Below are positions 43,301 through 53,333 of a stretch of DNA of 64,000 nucleotides, piece after piece. Positions within the stretch are counted from its first letter, which is position 1. The number at the start of each line of letters is the position of its first letter. The position numbers and the translations under genes are program-made. The notes beneath the pieces were generated by a model. That model searched no databases and had not been told where the DNA came from. It saw nothing but the letters and a program-made list of their open reading frames with translations. The DNA lies in the IMG/VR virus record IMGVR_UViG_3300043078_000170; one strand, given 5' to 3'. The stretch is from a virus (Duplodnaviria > Caudoviricetes).

Positions 43301-45185
43301 ATGGAAAACAACATTTTGAAAAATGTTGGTATGACACTGATGAAGATTTAAAACATAGACAATATTTAGATGAAAAGAAAAATAATTATTGTATTAAGCA
43401 TAATATTCATTTACTTAGAATATCTTATAAAGAAATAAATAATATAGATAATATATTAAAAGAAGAATTAAAGCTCAACGACTAAGTGATTATAAGTATA
43501 ATCCAGTGCGAAACACCTAAGTCTTTTTATTTAAGATATGGTGAAGATATAGTCTGAACTTAAGTGTAATGCTTAAGCAGTTTTAAGAAAGGTAAATTGT
43601 TAAATGAGAAAAACACAAGAACAATTTGAAGATGAAATTAATAATAAATTTAATGGTGAATATACAGTATTAGGTAAATATATTAATAATGGAACTAAGA
43701 TTAAAATAAGACATAATAAATGTAATAATATTTGGGAGGTAACGCCTACTAATATTTTAAATAATAGAAGTACTTGTCCTTATTGTTGTAAGAATCCTAG
43801 ATATACTACAGAAATGTTTAAAAATAAGATTAAAGAATTAACTAATGATGAATATAAATTACAATCAGAATATATTAATACAAAAACTAATATTACTTTA
43901 ATTCATAAAAAATGTGGAAATAAATTTGAATTAAAACCAAATGATTTTATTTCTAATGGACAACGTTGTCCTATATGTACAAAAGAAAAACAATATTCAG
44001 CTAAAAGAAAGACTAATGAAATTTTTTTAAAAGAAGTCTTTAATTTAGTTGGTGATGAATATACTTTCTTAGAAAAGTATATTAATAATTCTACTAAAAT
44101 AAAAGTAAGACATAATAAATGTAATAATGAATATAGTGTTACACCTATTAAGTTTTTAAGTGGTAGAAGATGTCCTTATTGTAAGAAATCTTTTGGAGAA
44201 TTAAAGATTAAATCATTATTAGAAAATATGAATATTAATTTTATTCAAGAATATAGATTCGATGATTGTAAATATGAAAGAACTTTACCATTTGATTTTT
44301 ATTTACCAGATAAAAATATTTGTATAGAATATGATGGAGAATTTCATTATTCAGTTCAATATTATAAAGATGATTTAATTAAACAACAAAAACGTGATAA
44401 TATTAAGAATGAATACTGCAAAAATCATAATATTAAATTAATTAGAATATCTTATAAAGATAAAAATAATATTGAATCTATTCTTAAAACGTATTTGAAT
44501 TAACGACTCAAATAGAACATAATGTGATACTGTTCCAGGTATGGATGTAGAAATGGAAAATGAATTTACTCAAATGTTATTAAAATCAATTATCACAGGG
44601 ATGAACGTACCATACAATTATATCGATTCAACTCAGGAAATTGATTTTGCTAGGTCTTTAACAATGACTAATAATCCTTTTGTAAGAGCTATTATTAATG
44701 ACCAAGAAGAATTTGGTAATTTTTATAGTAAGATTATTAGAGAATTATATAAAAATGAATTTGTTAAAGAAACTGGTGGTAAAAAGAAAAGAGTTAGTAG
44801 AAAAACTAAGAATGCTTATTTAAATATAGCTATTGATAATCTAGAACTTAGATTTCCTACTCCTATTTATCTTGTATTAGGTAATATGAATGAACAAATT
44901 CAGAATGCACAACAAACTGCTGAATTTATTACTACTACATATTATCCTGACGATCCTACAGGACAATCTATTGATGCATATCAAAATGAAGTCAATAAGG
45001 CTAATTTTAGAAAAGAATTATATAAAAAGCATTTACTTCCTTCATTGGAATGGGATTCTTTTGATGAAATTTATAAAAAAGTTAGTCAAAATGCTATTGA
45101 AAATGCTATTACTGGTACAATTAATTTTGCTCCAGAAGCTAAAAAGAAGAATGAGCTTGATATGTTAGAAGAAGATGAATTTTAA
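40356..45185 (+). CDS. Portal protein (T4 gp20-like); exons 40356..42166 and 44525..45185 (about 823 aa)
   Basis: YRLIDSYIPEV, RGRDKRAFYIETG; spliced EDYYIPTIDGQRSVEI-DTVPG parallels gp20 EDYWL.RRDG...TEVDTLPG. Confidence 0.8.
42358..43485 (+). CDS. Intron-encoded endonuclease 1 (in P6)
   Basis: Four Zn-ribbon repeats; LRFDFRV..IEFDGKQH; stop codon lies within the CAACGACTAA core element. Confidence 0.8.
   Translation: MSAKRKTHEEFIKEVKELVNEEYTVLEKYKSSSIKIKIRHNTCNNIYEVTPNKFLQGRRCPYCKSKAISKSLIRTQKEFEDIINNKFNGEYTVLGNYINNSVKLEIKHNKCKNTWMVSPTNILNNRSTCPYCSGKHKYTTKEYYNKIKNDTNGEYILISDYINNKTKVKIKHTVCNNTYEVKPYHFNNGTRCPYCSNHNTLTLENIKDIIENNFNYTVLPDTNYTGYKDKCLHLKHNLCNNDFMIDYDHFKQGTRCPKCNMSSGEEIIYNYLKENNLEFIREYTFNDLYDKDINKPLRFDFRVNLNNDYILIEFDGKQHFEKCWYDTDEDLKHRQYLDEKKNNYCIKHNIHLLRISYKEINNIDNILKEELKLND
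43604..44503 (+). CDS. Intron-encoded endonuclease 2 (in P9 region)
   Basis: Three Zn-ribbon repeats; LPFDFYL..IEYDGEFH; downstream of AAGATATAGTC. Confidence 0.8.
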   Translation: MRKTQEQFEDEINNKFNGEYTVLGKYINNGTKIKIRHNKCNNIWEVTPTNILNNRSTCPYCCKNPRYTTEMFKNKIKELTNDEYKLQSEYINTKTNITLIHKKCGNKFELKPNDFISNGQRCPICTKEKQYSAKRKTNEIFLKEVFNLVGDEYTFLEKYINNSTKIKVRHNKCNNEYSVTPIKFLSGRRCPYCKKSFGELKIKSLLENMNINFIQEYRFDDCKYERTLPFDFYLPDKNICIEYDGEFHYSVQYYKDDLIKQQKRDNIKNEYCKNHNIKLIRISYKDKNNIESILKTYLN

Positions 45186-45236
45186 TATAAAACCCTAAAG
45201 GCTAAAAAGCCTTTAGGGAAATTTTTTATTTTATAA

Positions 45237-46166
45237 TTAAGTACCAGAACTACTATTTGAATTAGTACCACTAGTTGCTTTCTGTGCAGGAGCAAGTAAC
45301 TCTGTACCAGAAAGGTCAATACTAATACCAGCATTTTCTTTATCCCAACCACCAGTAGCAAATGTAGCAAGGTTCTTTTCGCTAGCATCAGAATAAACAC
45401 CATTATTCTGAGGATCAAAGTCTGCAACTGTAAGAATAGGATATGGCTTAGCATAGATAGTATTGTTACCAGTATTATCAGCATCACTAAGTACATTATA
45501 AGCATAGTTATCTACTTCAGGACCTAAATGTAAGTCACCAACAAAGTTAATATCAATTTCAGGTGAATCATGAGTACCTTGTGAATAGTTGAAGTGACCA
45601 AGAGGTAATGAAGTTGGCATTACTGCAGTATAATAAGCAGCAAATTCAATGTTATTCATTGTAACGTTGTTAGCATCAGGACGTGTTACGATATATAGTA
45701 ATTCACCAGTATGGTTTTTAGCACCATATGTACAACCAAATGCTCTAGGATATACAGCAATATCAGTCTCAGGATCACGAATACCAGTAATCCAGAATTG
45801 ATACATATTCTTAATTGGGTTACCAGAGAATTCTTGATGCTTTAATGAGAAGTTAGTATTTGCTTTTTGAATTGATGTAGCATATTCATAAGCATTACCA
45901 TTAAAAGTATGTGTATACTGAGCTGTTTGTAAATCCATATTAGCAAGACCATCAAAAGACTTAAAGTTCTTTTGTGTCATATCAGCAAAGTTTTCATATG
46001 TCTTTTCAACCCAGAATGGTAACTTAGTCCAAATAATAAATGCATAACCTGTTACTAAAGGGTCAAAATCCAATGTTTGTGTGTTCATTTTGCCAGTAAA
46101 CCAGCTACCCTGAACTCTTTTTTGGTCCATATCAAACACGTTTATATTTTTGCCAGGTATTAACAT
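45237..46166 (-). CDS. Tail tube protein
   Basis: Immediately downstream of sheath; QFWITGIRDPET..YIVTRPD..AVMPTSLP; high-expression codon bias. Confidence 0.65.
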   Translation of the reverse strand: MLIPGKNINVFDMDQKRVQGSWFTGKMNTQTLDFDPLVTGYAFIIWTKLPFWVEKTYENFADMTQKNFKSFDGLANMDLQTAQYTHTFNGNAYEYATSIQKANTNFSLKHQEFSGNPIKNMYQFWITGIRDPETDIAVYPRAFGCTYGAKNHTGELLYIVTRPDANNVTMNNIEFAAYYTAVMPTSLPLGHFNYSQGTHDSPEIDINFVGDLHLGPEVDNYAYNVLSDADNTGNNTIYAKPYPILTVADFDPQNNGVYSDASEKNLATFATGGWDKENAGISIDLSGTELLAPAQKATSGTNSNSSSGT

Positions 46167-46236
46167 ATTTAATTAACTCCTTTCATAAATTAATTTAAAT
46201 GAGGAGTTAATATAAATTTAACTCCTCATATATATG

Positions 46237-49200
46237 TTAAATTGAAGCAGGACAATCAATATTAATTACGATTCTTTCAATTACACCAGTGAATTGAAGT
46301 GTAACGTCTACACGAACAATCTTTTGGATAATATCATAATCAGAAGCATAAACATCAGCTGTTGCAACAGTGCAAGCACCATTGTTAATCCAGTTAGTTA
46401 AGTAACTATTAATTTCAGCAGCCATTGCACTTCTTGTTTCAGAAGTATTAAATTCAAATTGATATGTCTTAGCAATTTTTTCAACATTTCTCTTAACTTT
46501 TAACATTACGAGCATGTTGTTAATCTGTCCTAAAGGACCAGTTGTATAGTTTGTATTCTGAGCACCTATTCTAATAGTAGTAATATCCTTTTCAAGATAG
46601 TTTACCTTATTAGTATAGAGCTTTTCTTTTTGTTCTTCATTTGGATACCAGTCATTAGAAATAAATCCACCAACTACACCACGTCTAGAACCAGCCATAG
46701 GCATATGTCTACCATAGTTATCAATATGCTTACCAAGTAAATCAGCAAGAATATAGGTAGAAGTTAAATTAATATTCTTAGATGTATATTCATCATACCA
46801 AACCTGAGATTGAGAAATAATAGACATGAAGTAAGTAGAATTTGTAAATCCTGTCTTCCAGTCTAAGCAATCTTGGATAGTATTCTGAACTTTAGTATCA
46901 GCCCAATAGAAGAAGTCTTGTCTTTCATCTCTAGCTAATGTGATGATTGCATTCTTAACTGCATCTTCATAGTTAGCATCAAGTATATGGTCAAATTCAT
47001 ATAAGTCCTTATTAAGTACATCTTCATTCCATGTACCCTTATAAGCCTTAATACGAACATCATTAATCTTATTCTTACGAAGTTTTAATGCAGCACTTGT
47101 ACTATTATCATAAGTGAAGCAACCGTCAGAACCTTCAGCAAATCCTAAAGGAGCATTAATATCAGTTACAAGGTTATCATAGCAAAGTGTATTTAATGAT
47201 ACAAGAACCTTATCCTGTTTTTCAATATTAGACTTTACAATATTCTTATTTTCCTTTGCAATAGAGATACTATTAATAATATCTTGAGCACAATAGTATG
47301 GATACTGTAATACAGGTGATTCTTGTGCTGTAGAAGAATCTAAAGGTAATGAATTTTCATTAAGTGAAACTTCTAAAGCATTATTAATTAAATTAGTAAC
47401 TTCAGTCTGTGTTAAATCTTCATTATCTTCACTATTATAATATTCCCAAAGAGTATTTACAGAATATGAAGAACCATTATATTTAATAACAGTATTAGCT
47501 ACATCAATTGTACCAATTAAAGTATTAATAATTTCTGTAATATACTTTTCATTAATAAATGCAGTGATAATATTATGAACATCAGATAATTGACTTAAGC
47601 TTTCAGAAAGAATTTGATAAATTGTTTCATACTTTGTTTGTGTTAAACCATCTACAGTATAGCCATTCTTAATATCATCATACATATCAATTAATGCTTG
47701 ACCACCATAAATCGGTGTTCTACTTTCACCATAATGGTTTTGTCCAGTAATATTAATTAATATCTTTTCAAGAATTGGTAATATACCTCTATAAACGGTA
47801 TCATCATTAGTTTTACCATAATTACTAATATTATATGTAATACCTAATGGGTCAATTTCTGTTTCATTTGTAGCACTTTCAGAGAAATAATAAGCATAAG
47901 GTTCATCATTAGAAGCTTTATATAAAACTTCAAGATCTTGTACTTTATAAGTCTGATAAAGAACTGTATTAATAATATTTGTGATTAAGTAATTAGTTTC
48001 AGTTACAATAGTATCCATTGCTGTATATAATGTATCTAATGTTTCATCACCAAGAATTACAGAAGCATTATTTCTAGCTAAATCAGTACTTAAATCTAAG
48101 ACAGTATTCTTATGAACATTTAATAATGTTAAATAAGTAGATCTTAAATCAAGATCATTATTAATTGTCTTCATTAAATACTTAAGTGAAGAATAGTTAG
48201 AGTAGTCAGTAATAGAACCTTGATTATTAACGATAGATTCAAAACCACCAACAAAAAGATTTAAGATAGTTGTTAATGAGTAATCAGAAGCTGAAATAGA
48301 AGTATACTTCTTAGCATTTGTAATATCATCAACAATAGTATCTTTACCCTTGCCATCTAATTCTCTAGAAATTAATGAAGCATAACTAGCTACCTTATTA
48401 TAGCACTGAGATAACTTACCATTCTTTAATTTTTCAGTAAATACTTCATCAAATACAGGTACTCCTTCAACATCTTCCTTTTTAAAATAATAATTAGAAA
48501 GAAGCTTTGTAATAGATGTATAATTAATATGGTTACTGTCTATAAAATCAGTTATAATTTGGAATGAAGTTAAAGGAATATTAGCTAAAGTATATTTTTT
48601 AGTGGTACCTGGAATTTCATAGTTACCTTCAATATTAAATTGATAGTTCATATATGCACTCATAAATCTTATAAGATTAGTTAAATTAAAGAATTTAACA
48701 CCACTAGAGATATACTTTTCTTTATTATCTATAAACTCTTTATAATTAGCTATTTCATCAGTATTTATAGAACTTTTTTCATTACTTACTACTAAATAAT
48801 TATTAAAGTTATTATCATTAAAATGGGTATAAATTGTATTTAATAAATCATAATAATCTTTAAATGTATAATCATATCCAATTTCGTTATTATCATCAGT
48901 ATAATTTAATACAATATTATAACTATAACCATCTACTGTATGTTTTGGTAGATCAGAGCTTTTTAAAGGTTCAGCATTTTCATCAGTAATATGGAATATT
49001 GTATATTTATCTTCATAAGCCCAATGAGCTATATGCTGACCGGTTTTCGGAATATATAAATATTTTTCAATCAAGGTGCTAAAAATTGTTCCAACAACAG
49101 CTTTTTTAAAAGATCCTATTGTAAGGCTAGTTCCTTTAATAGGTTGTAGTTTAGCTTCACCATTAATATTATAAACTTTTATATAATTGCCAAATTTATT

Positions 49201-51216
49201 TACAGTTCCATCAGAATCATAGCAAGTAAAATCAACAATTGGTATATAATTATATTTAATATCATCATCTGTATCTGAAATAAAATCATCTATATAAGTA
49301 GGATATAATGAACTATACTTACTGCTTGTTCCATCATTATTATGATAACTAAATTTATTATCTGGAAAATAGTCATTAGTATCTGTTAATCCTCTATTAA
49401 GATAATTATTGTTTGTACCATCAATATAAGCAATATTATTTACAATATATTCATAAATTGTTTTATATGTACCATCAAAATATTCTTTAGTTAAAGGCTG
49501 ATAATAATGACCATTATTAATTCCTTTTGTGTCTAAATAAAGATTTTTATAAGAAGTAGTAGATGAATTAGAATTAAATATAGAATAAATTTTAGCATCA
49601 TCACTAACATAATCATAATATAAATCGGCTTCAAGATAATCATCAGAAATTACAAATCCATTATTATTATAAATATCATAGTTAGCTATAAACTGGACAT
49701 ATTTCATAAAGTTATGATAGTAACTAATTAAATGAGTATCTGTTGCTGAAATATAGCCATCTTCGGTAATTGTACTCATCATTTGAGATGTAGAAGTATA
49801 AACTGTATCAACATTTTCATATCCAGTAACTTCACTACCTACATAATTACCATTTTTGTCTTTTAATGCTTTATTGATAATTTCTTGTGTTCTTAAGTAC
49901 CAAGAATGATCTTTTGTATCATCTTTACCAACATAATTAGATTTAAATGTTGCATTATTATAAATATAATAATATCTATCAGAATCCTTTTCATTAGCAT
50001 AAATTAAAGTATTAACTTTATCTGCTAATAAATAAGTATTAGGAGCAAAGTCGCTTAAAATATTACCAATAACTAAATTTAAGTTCTGTGTAATTCTATC
50101 ATTTAATAACCAGTTATAGAAACCTCTCATATAATCAGTTACATATTTCTGATTATTATAAATAACTCTACGACTATTATCAGCAATATCAACAATATCT
50201 GAAGTAGTTTCATCATTATTAGAAATATTTAAAATATAATCGCCATTTGACTGTAGAGCAATACCAGTTGTAGAATATTTTCTTAAAGCAATATGAACAT
50301 CTTCATCCTTACCAGTTGCAGAACTAAAGTATGTTTCACTTTCACCAGTAGAAAGAATTCTACTCTGACCAGAAAGAATATCGATTATATAAGGATCAAC
50401 TTCATCATTGATTATAGTAGCAAGCTTAATATAGTTTTCAGTATTAAACTTAATCTTAATATACTCAGAATAACTATTAACGACATTTTCAATAAACATT
50501 GACTTCTGACTATTTGGATCAATAGCATCTGGATCAAAGCTTACATAATAAGGTCCGTCAATAATATCATAAGTAGAACCACTGTATTTAATAACTTCAA
50601 AAGTATAAATACGGCTTGTCATACTAGCATCATAGGAAGAATTTAAGCGAATTCTAAAACCAAGATCGTTATAATATTCACCTCTTCCTTCAGGATATGC
50701 AATAAAGATAAAGTTATCAATATAGCCATCAGTAGTAGGATAATCAGAACGATCTTCTGATAATTCACTATCTAATAAAGCTTCTGATGTATTATTAACA
50801 CCAATATAAGTAACTAAAGGTCTTAAATAAACATCATTAATTTTAGTTTCATCACCATCAGCGTTGATTACTGCTTTACCATTAGTAGAATTCTTATACT
50901 GAATGTTTAAAATTGCATGAGCATAAGAAGCATCATCAGGTAATAAACGCATAATAACAGCTGAATTACCGTTAGTTAACCACTTTTCGACATTGTAACC
51001 TGCCTGACCATACTTATCAAGGTTAGGTTCACCATACTTGAATAAATATTCAGAAAGTGTATTAACTTGTTGTAATTTATTATCTACACCATGATCAAAA
51101 ACGTCTGCTACAAAAAGAACTTCTCTACTTACAGATGTATCGTAGTTATAATTCTCAGTAGTAATATAAGTTTTAATCGAAGGGTGAAGATACTTTAAAG
51201 TAATTTCACTAGCCAT
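46237..51216 (-). CDS. Tail sheath protein with very large central insertion (1659 aa)
   Basis: N-terminal HPSI..KYGEPNLDKYGQ..MRLLPDDA; C-terminal ILDANY..ARDERQDFF..AGSRRG..EKLYTNKVNY..YQFEFN..VTLQFTGVIERIVINI. Confidence 0.85.
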   Translation of the reverse strand: MASEITLKYLHPSIKTYITTENYNYDTSVSREVLFVADVFDHGVDNKLQQVNTLSEYLFKYGEPNLDKYGQAGYNVEKWLTNGNSAVIMRLLPDDASYAHAILNIQYKNSTNGKAVINADGDETKINDVYLRPLVTYIGVNNTSEALLDSELSEDRSDYPTTDGYIDNFIFIAYPEGRGEYYNDLGFRIRLNSSYDASMTSRIYTFEVIKYSGSTYDIIDGPYYVSFDPDAIDPNSQKSMFIENVVNSYSEYIKIKFNTENYIKLATIINDEVDPYIIDILSGQSRILSTGESETYFSSATGKDEDVHIALRKYSTTGIALQSNGDYILNISNNDETTSDIVDIADNSRRVIYNNQKYVTDYMRGFYNWLLNDRITQNLNLVIGNILSDFAPNTYLLADKVNTLIYANEKDSDRYYYIYNNATFKSNYVGKDDTKDHSWYLRTQEIINKALKDKNGNYVGSEVTGYENVDTVYTSTSQMMSTITEDGYISATDTHLISYYHNFMKYVQFIANYDIYNNNGFVISDDYLEADLYYDYVSDDAKIYSIFNSNSSTTSYKNLYLDTKGINNGHYYQPLTKEYFDGTYKTIYEYIVNNIAYIDGTNNNYLNRGLTDTNDYFPDNKFSYHNNDGTSSKYSSLYPTYIDDFISDTDDDIKYNYIPIVDFTCYDSDGTVNKFGNYIKVYNINGEAKLQPIKGTSLTIGSFKKAVVGTIFSTLIEKYLYIPKTGQHIAHWAYEDKYTIFHITDENAEPLKSSDLPKHTVDGYSYNIVLNYTDDNNEIGYDYTFKDYYDLLNTIYTHFNDNNFNNYLVVSNEKSSINTDEIANYKEFIDNKEKYISSGVKFFNLTNLIRFMSAYMNYQFNIEGNYEIPGTTKKYTLANIPLTSFQIITDFIDSNHINYTSITKLLSNYYFKKEDVEGVPVFDEVFTEKLKNGKLSQCYNKVASYASLISRELDGKGKDTIVDDITNAKKYTSISASDYSLTTILNLFVGGFESIVNNQGSITDYSNYSSLKYLMKTINNDLDLRSTYLTLLNVHKNTVLDLSTDLARNNASVILGDETLDTLYTAMDTIVTETNYLITNIINTVLYQTYKVQDLEVLYKASNDEPYAYYFSESATNETEIDPLGITYNISNYGKTNDDTVYRGILPILEKILINITGQNHYGESRTPIYGGQALIDMYDDIKNGYTVDGLTQTKYETIYQILSESLSQLSDVHNIITAFINEKYITEIINTLIGTIDVANTVIKYNGSSYSVNTLWEYYNSEDNEDLTQTEVTNLINNALEVSLNENSLPLDSSTAQESPVLQYPYYCAQDIINSISIAKENKNIVKSNIEKQDKVLVSLNTLCYDNLVTDINAPLGFAEGSDGCFTYDNSTSAALKLRKNKINDVRIKAYKGTWNEDVLNKDLYEFDHILDANYEDAVKNAIITLARDERQDFFYWADTKVQNTIQDCLDWKTGFTNSTYFMSIISQSQVWYDEYTSKNINLTSTYILADLLGKHIDNYGRHMPMAGSRRGVVGGFISNDWYPNEEQKEKLYTNKVNYLEKDITTIRIGAQNTNYTTGPLGQINNMLVMLKVKRNVEKIAKTYQFEFNTSETRSAMAAEINSYLTNWINNGACTVATADVYASDYDIIQKIVRVDVTLQFTGVIERIVINIDCPASI

Positions 51217-51469
51217 AATTAATCACTTCGATTGTCTTAAAATATTATAAATTATAAACTATAATACCAAGCCAAGGTATCTACGATTACTAAACTAGAC
51301 AATCTTTCCTTTCCTCATTATTTTTAGCTTAATTCATTTAGTAATCAATTATATTTTTCATAATATAGTTTTATAAAAAAATGTTTAGCTCATTAAAGTA
51401 TATTTAGATTTATTATATAAAAAGTAAACATCCATTTATAATTTTTATATATAAAGAGGTGATTATATA

Positions 51470-52384
51470 ATGTTTAATATCAATAGAGACAAATTTTTTA
51501 ATATATTAACAGATTTAAATAAATCATGTAAATATAATGATATAAAAGACAAATATTTTATGGAAGTACCTAAATTTAATAATCTAATGAATTATATTGA
51601 TTTAAATAAATATACTTTAGATTACATGCAAAATAGATTAATAGCTATAAAAAGAAAAGATGTTCCTGCTAATTATATTAAGAATTTAATACTTTGTCCT
51701 ATGTATACTAAAAATAGATTAGACCCTGAAGAATGTGAAAATATTACATTTACTTTTCCAACAGAAAAAAGAAATAGTTATTTAACAGATACTAATAAGG
51801 ATGAAACTAATGAATCTTATTGTGTTAAAGGTTTATTAAATCCAGGAATATTAAATGCTATTTTAGTATATATGCTAAATACTAATTTAATTTCTTATGA
51901 TACTATGATTATATTTAAAATAACAGATAGTAATTCAGATGTTATTGAATATTTACAAAAGAATAGTTCACTTGATGCTTTTAATAATGAATTAATTAAT
52001 ATAATTAACATAAATTATACTGAAAATAAATCAGGATTTTATAATAAAGGTTTTATGGGACAAGTTTTCATAGAAGGAAATAACCCAAGTTCTGTTAATG
52101 AAATAGTTAAAAAAGCTTATGAAATTGAAAGTTTTGATTTTAAATATCATGATAATTTTGAAGTTATGCATAAATCTCTTCCAAAATTAATGGATGGTAA
52201 TAGAAAATTATTAACATATTTTAATGCTAGTGTATATATTGATGATAGATTATTTATATTTAGTGATAAATCAAAAAGTATTAAATTTTCAGTTTTAGTT
52301 GAAGATACTTTCTTAGTAGAATGGAATACTATTGAGAAATTCATAAATCAGTTATATTGTATAATTAAAGGAGATGAGCTATAA
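51470..52384 (+). CDS. Hypothetical protein (late promoter 51427..51438)
   Basis: GAGGTG RBS, 304 aa. Confidence 0.6.
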   Translation: MFNINRDKFFNILTDLNKSCKYNDIKDKYFMEVPKFNNLMNYIDLNKYTLDYMQNRLIAIKRKDVPANYIKNLILCPMYTKNRLDPEECENITFTFPTEKRNSYLTDTNKDETNESYCVKGLLNPGILNAILVYMLNTNLISYDTMIIFKITDSNSDVIEYLQKNSSLDAFNNELINIININYTENKSGFYNKGFMGQVFIEGNNPSSVNEIVKKAYEIESFDFKYHDNFEVMHKSLPKLMDGNRKLLTYFNASVYIDDRLFIFSDKSKSIKFSVLVEDTFLVEWNTIEKFINQLYCIIKGDEL

Positions 52385-52779
52385 TGTATATGGATGAAGA
52401 TTATGATTATATATTTATGGAAGGTTATTATGATGCTTTATGTGAAGATATTGAAATAAAAATTAGCGGAAATAAAAATAAAGTTAAAAAAACTAAAGAA
52501 GTAATTGAAAAATATAATCAATATAAAGAAAAAAGAAAAAAGCAAGGAAAAGAAGCTTTAGATATTGATGATTGGATTGAACAACAGAAAAAAGCTAAAG
52601 ATCTTAAGCATGATATGGCAAAGGCTGGAATTAAAATTGTAGGTGCTGCTGGAACGGTTGCTGCAGCAGGTGCTGTAGCTAGTGCTTTTAAGAAAAAGGG
52701 AATTGATACAAATAGTAAAAAAGTAGATATCAATGTTGCACCTAATTTAAATACTATTAACTTAGGAAAGAAAAAATAA
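52384..52779 (+). CDS. GYYDAL-tag family protein with basic module and Gly/Ala helix
   Basis: FMEGYYDALCE; KYNQYKEKRKKQGKEALDIDDW; IVGAAGTVAAAGAVASA. Confidence 0.65.
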   Translation: MYMDEDYDYIFMEGYYDALCEDIEIKISGNKNKVKKTKEVIEKYNQYKEKRKKQGKEALDIDDWIEQQKKAKDLKHDMAKAGIKIVGAAGTVAAAGAVASAFKKKGIDTNSKKVDINVAPNLNTINLGKKK

Positions 52780-52819
52780 TAAAATACCATAAGAGATTTT
52801 ATCTCTTATGGTATATTTT

Positions 52820-53314
52820 TTAATTATAAATTTCGCATAATGCATCATAATATCCATCAATATAAGATTCATTCACCTTACCATATTTTTCACAAGCTTC
52901 TTTAGGATTATCTTTAAAATCTTTAAATATTTTTTTAGCATCATTTTTAAATTGTTTTTTAGCTTCTTCTTTAGATATTTCATTTTTAAATTTTCCATTT
53001 TCATCTTTTTCAAAACCATTAACATATCCACAATCATTAAACGCATCGTGAAGATCTTTTCCAAATTTAACAGTTTTTACAACACCAACAGTACCTGCAA
53101 CAGCAGCACCACTTAATAAACCATTTTTAATCATCCAACCTTTTTTAGATAATGGTTTTTTATTTTTACTGACACATTTAGTAACGTATTTCTTATATCT
53201 TTCATCAATTTTATTTTTAGCTTTATCTTTAATTGTTATTTTTTCATTTGCTTTTTTAGATTCACATAATGCATCGTAATAACCTTCTAAATAAATATCT
53301 TCTAAATTATACAT
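52820..53314 (-). CDS. GYYDAL-tag family protein (tag at both termini)
   Basis: YLEGYYDALCE at N-terminus, NESYIDGYYDALCE at C-terminus; LLSGAAVAGTVGVV. Confidence 0.65.
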   Translation of the reverse strand: MYNLEDIYLEGYYDALCESKKANEKITIKDKAKNKIDERYKKYVTKCVSKNKKPLSKKGWMIKNGLLSGAAVAGTVGVVKTVKFGKDLHDAFNDCGYVNGFEKDENGKFKNEISKEEAKKQFKNDAKKIFKDFKDNPKEACEKYGKVNESYIDGYYDALCEIYN

Positions 53315-53333
53315 TAAAATAACCTCATTTCAT

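Larger units (their letters stand above)
42167..44524 (+). mobile_element. Group I intron (2358 nt) in portal gene carrying two endonuclease ORFs
   Basis: P1 GAGAU/GUCUC; P10 UAUCA with 3' exon UGAUA; P3 TTTCGT/GCGAAA; AACTGCTGGGAA, AATCAGCAAC, CTCAACGACTA, AAGATATAGTC; terminal G at 44524. Confidence 0.88.
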
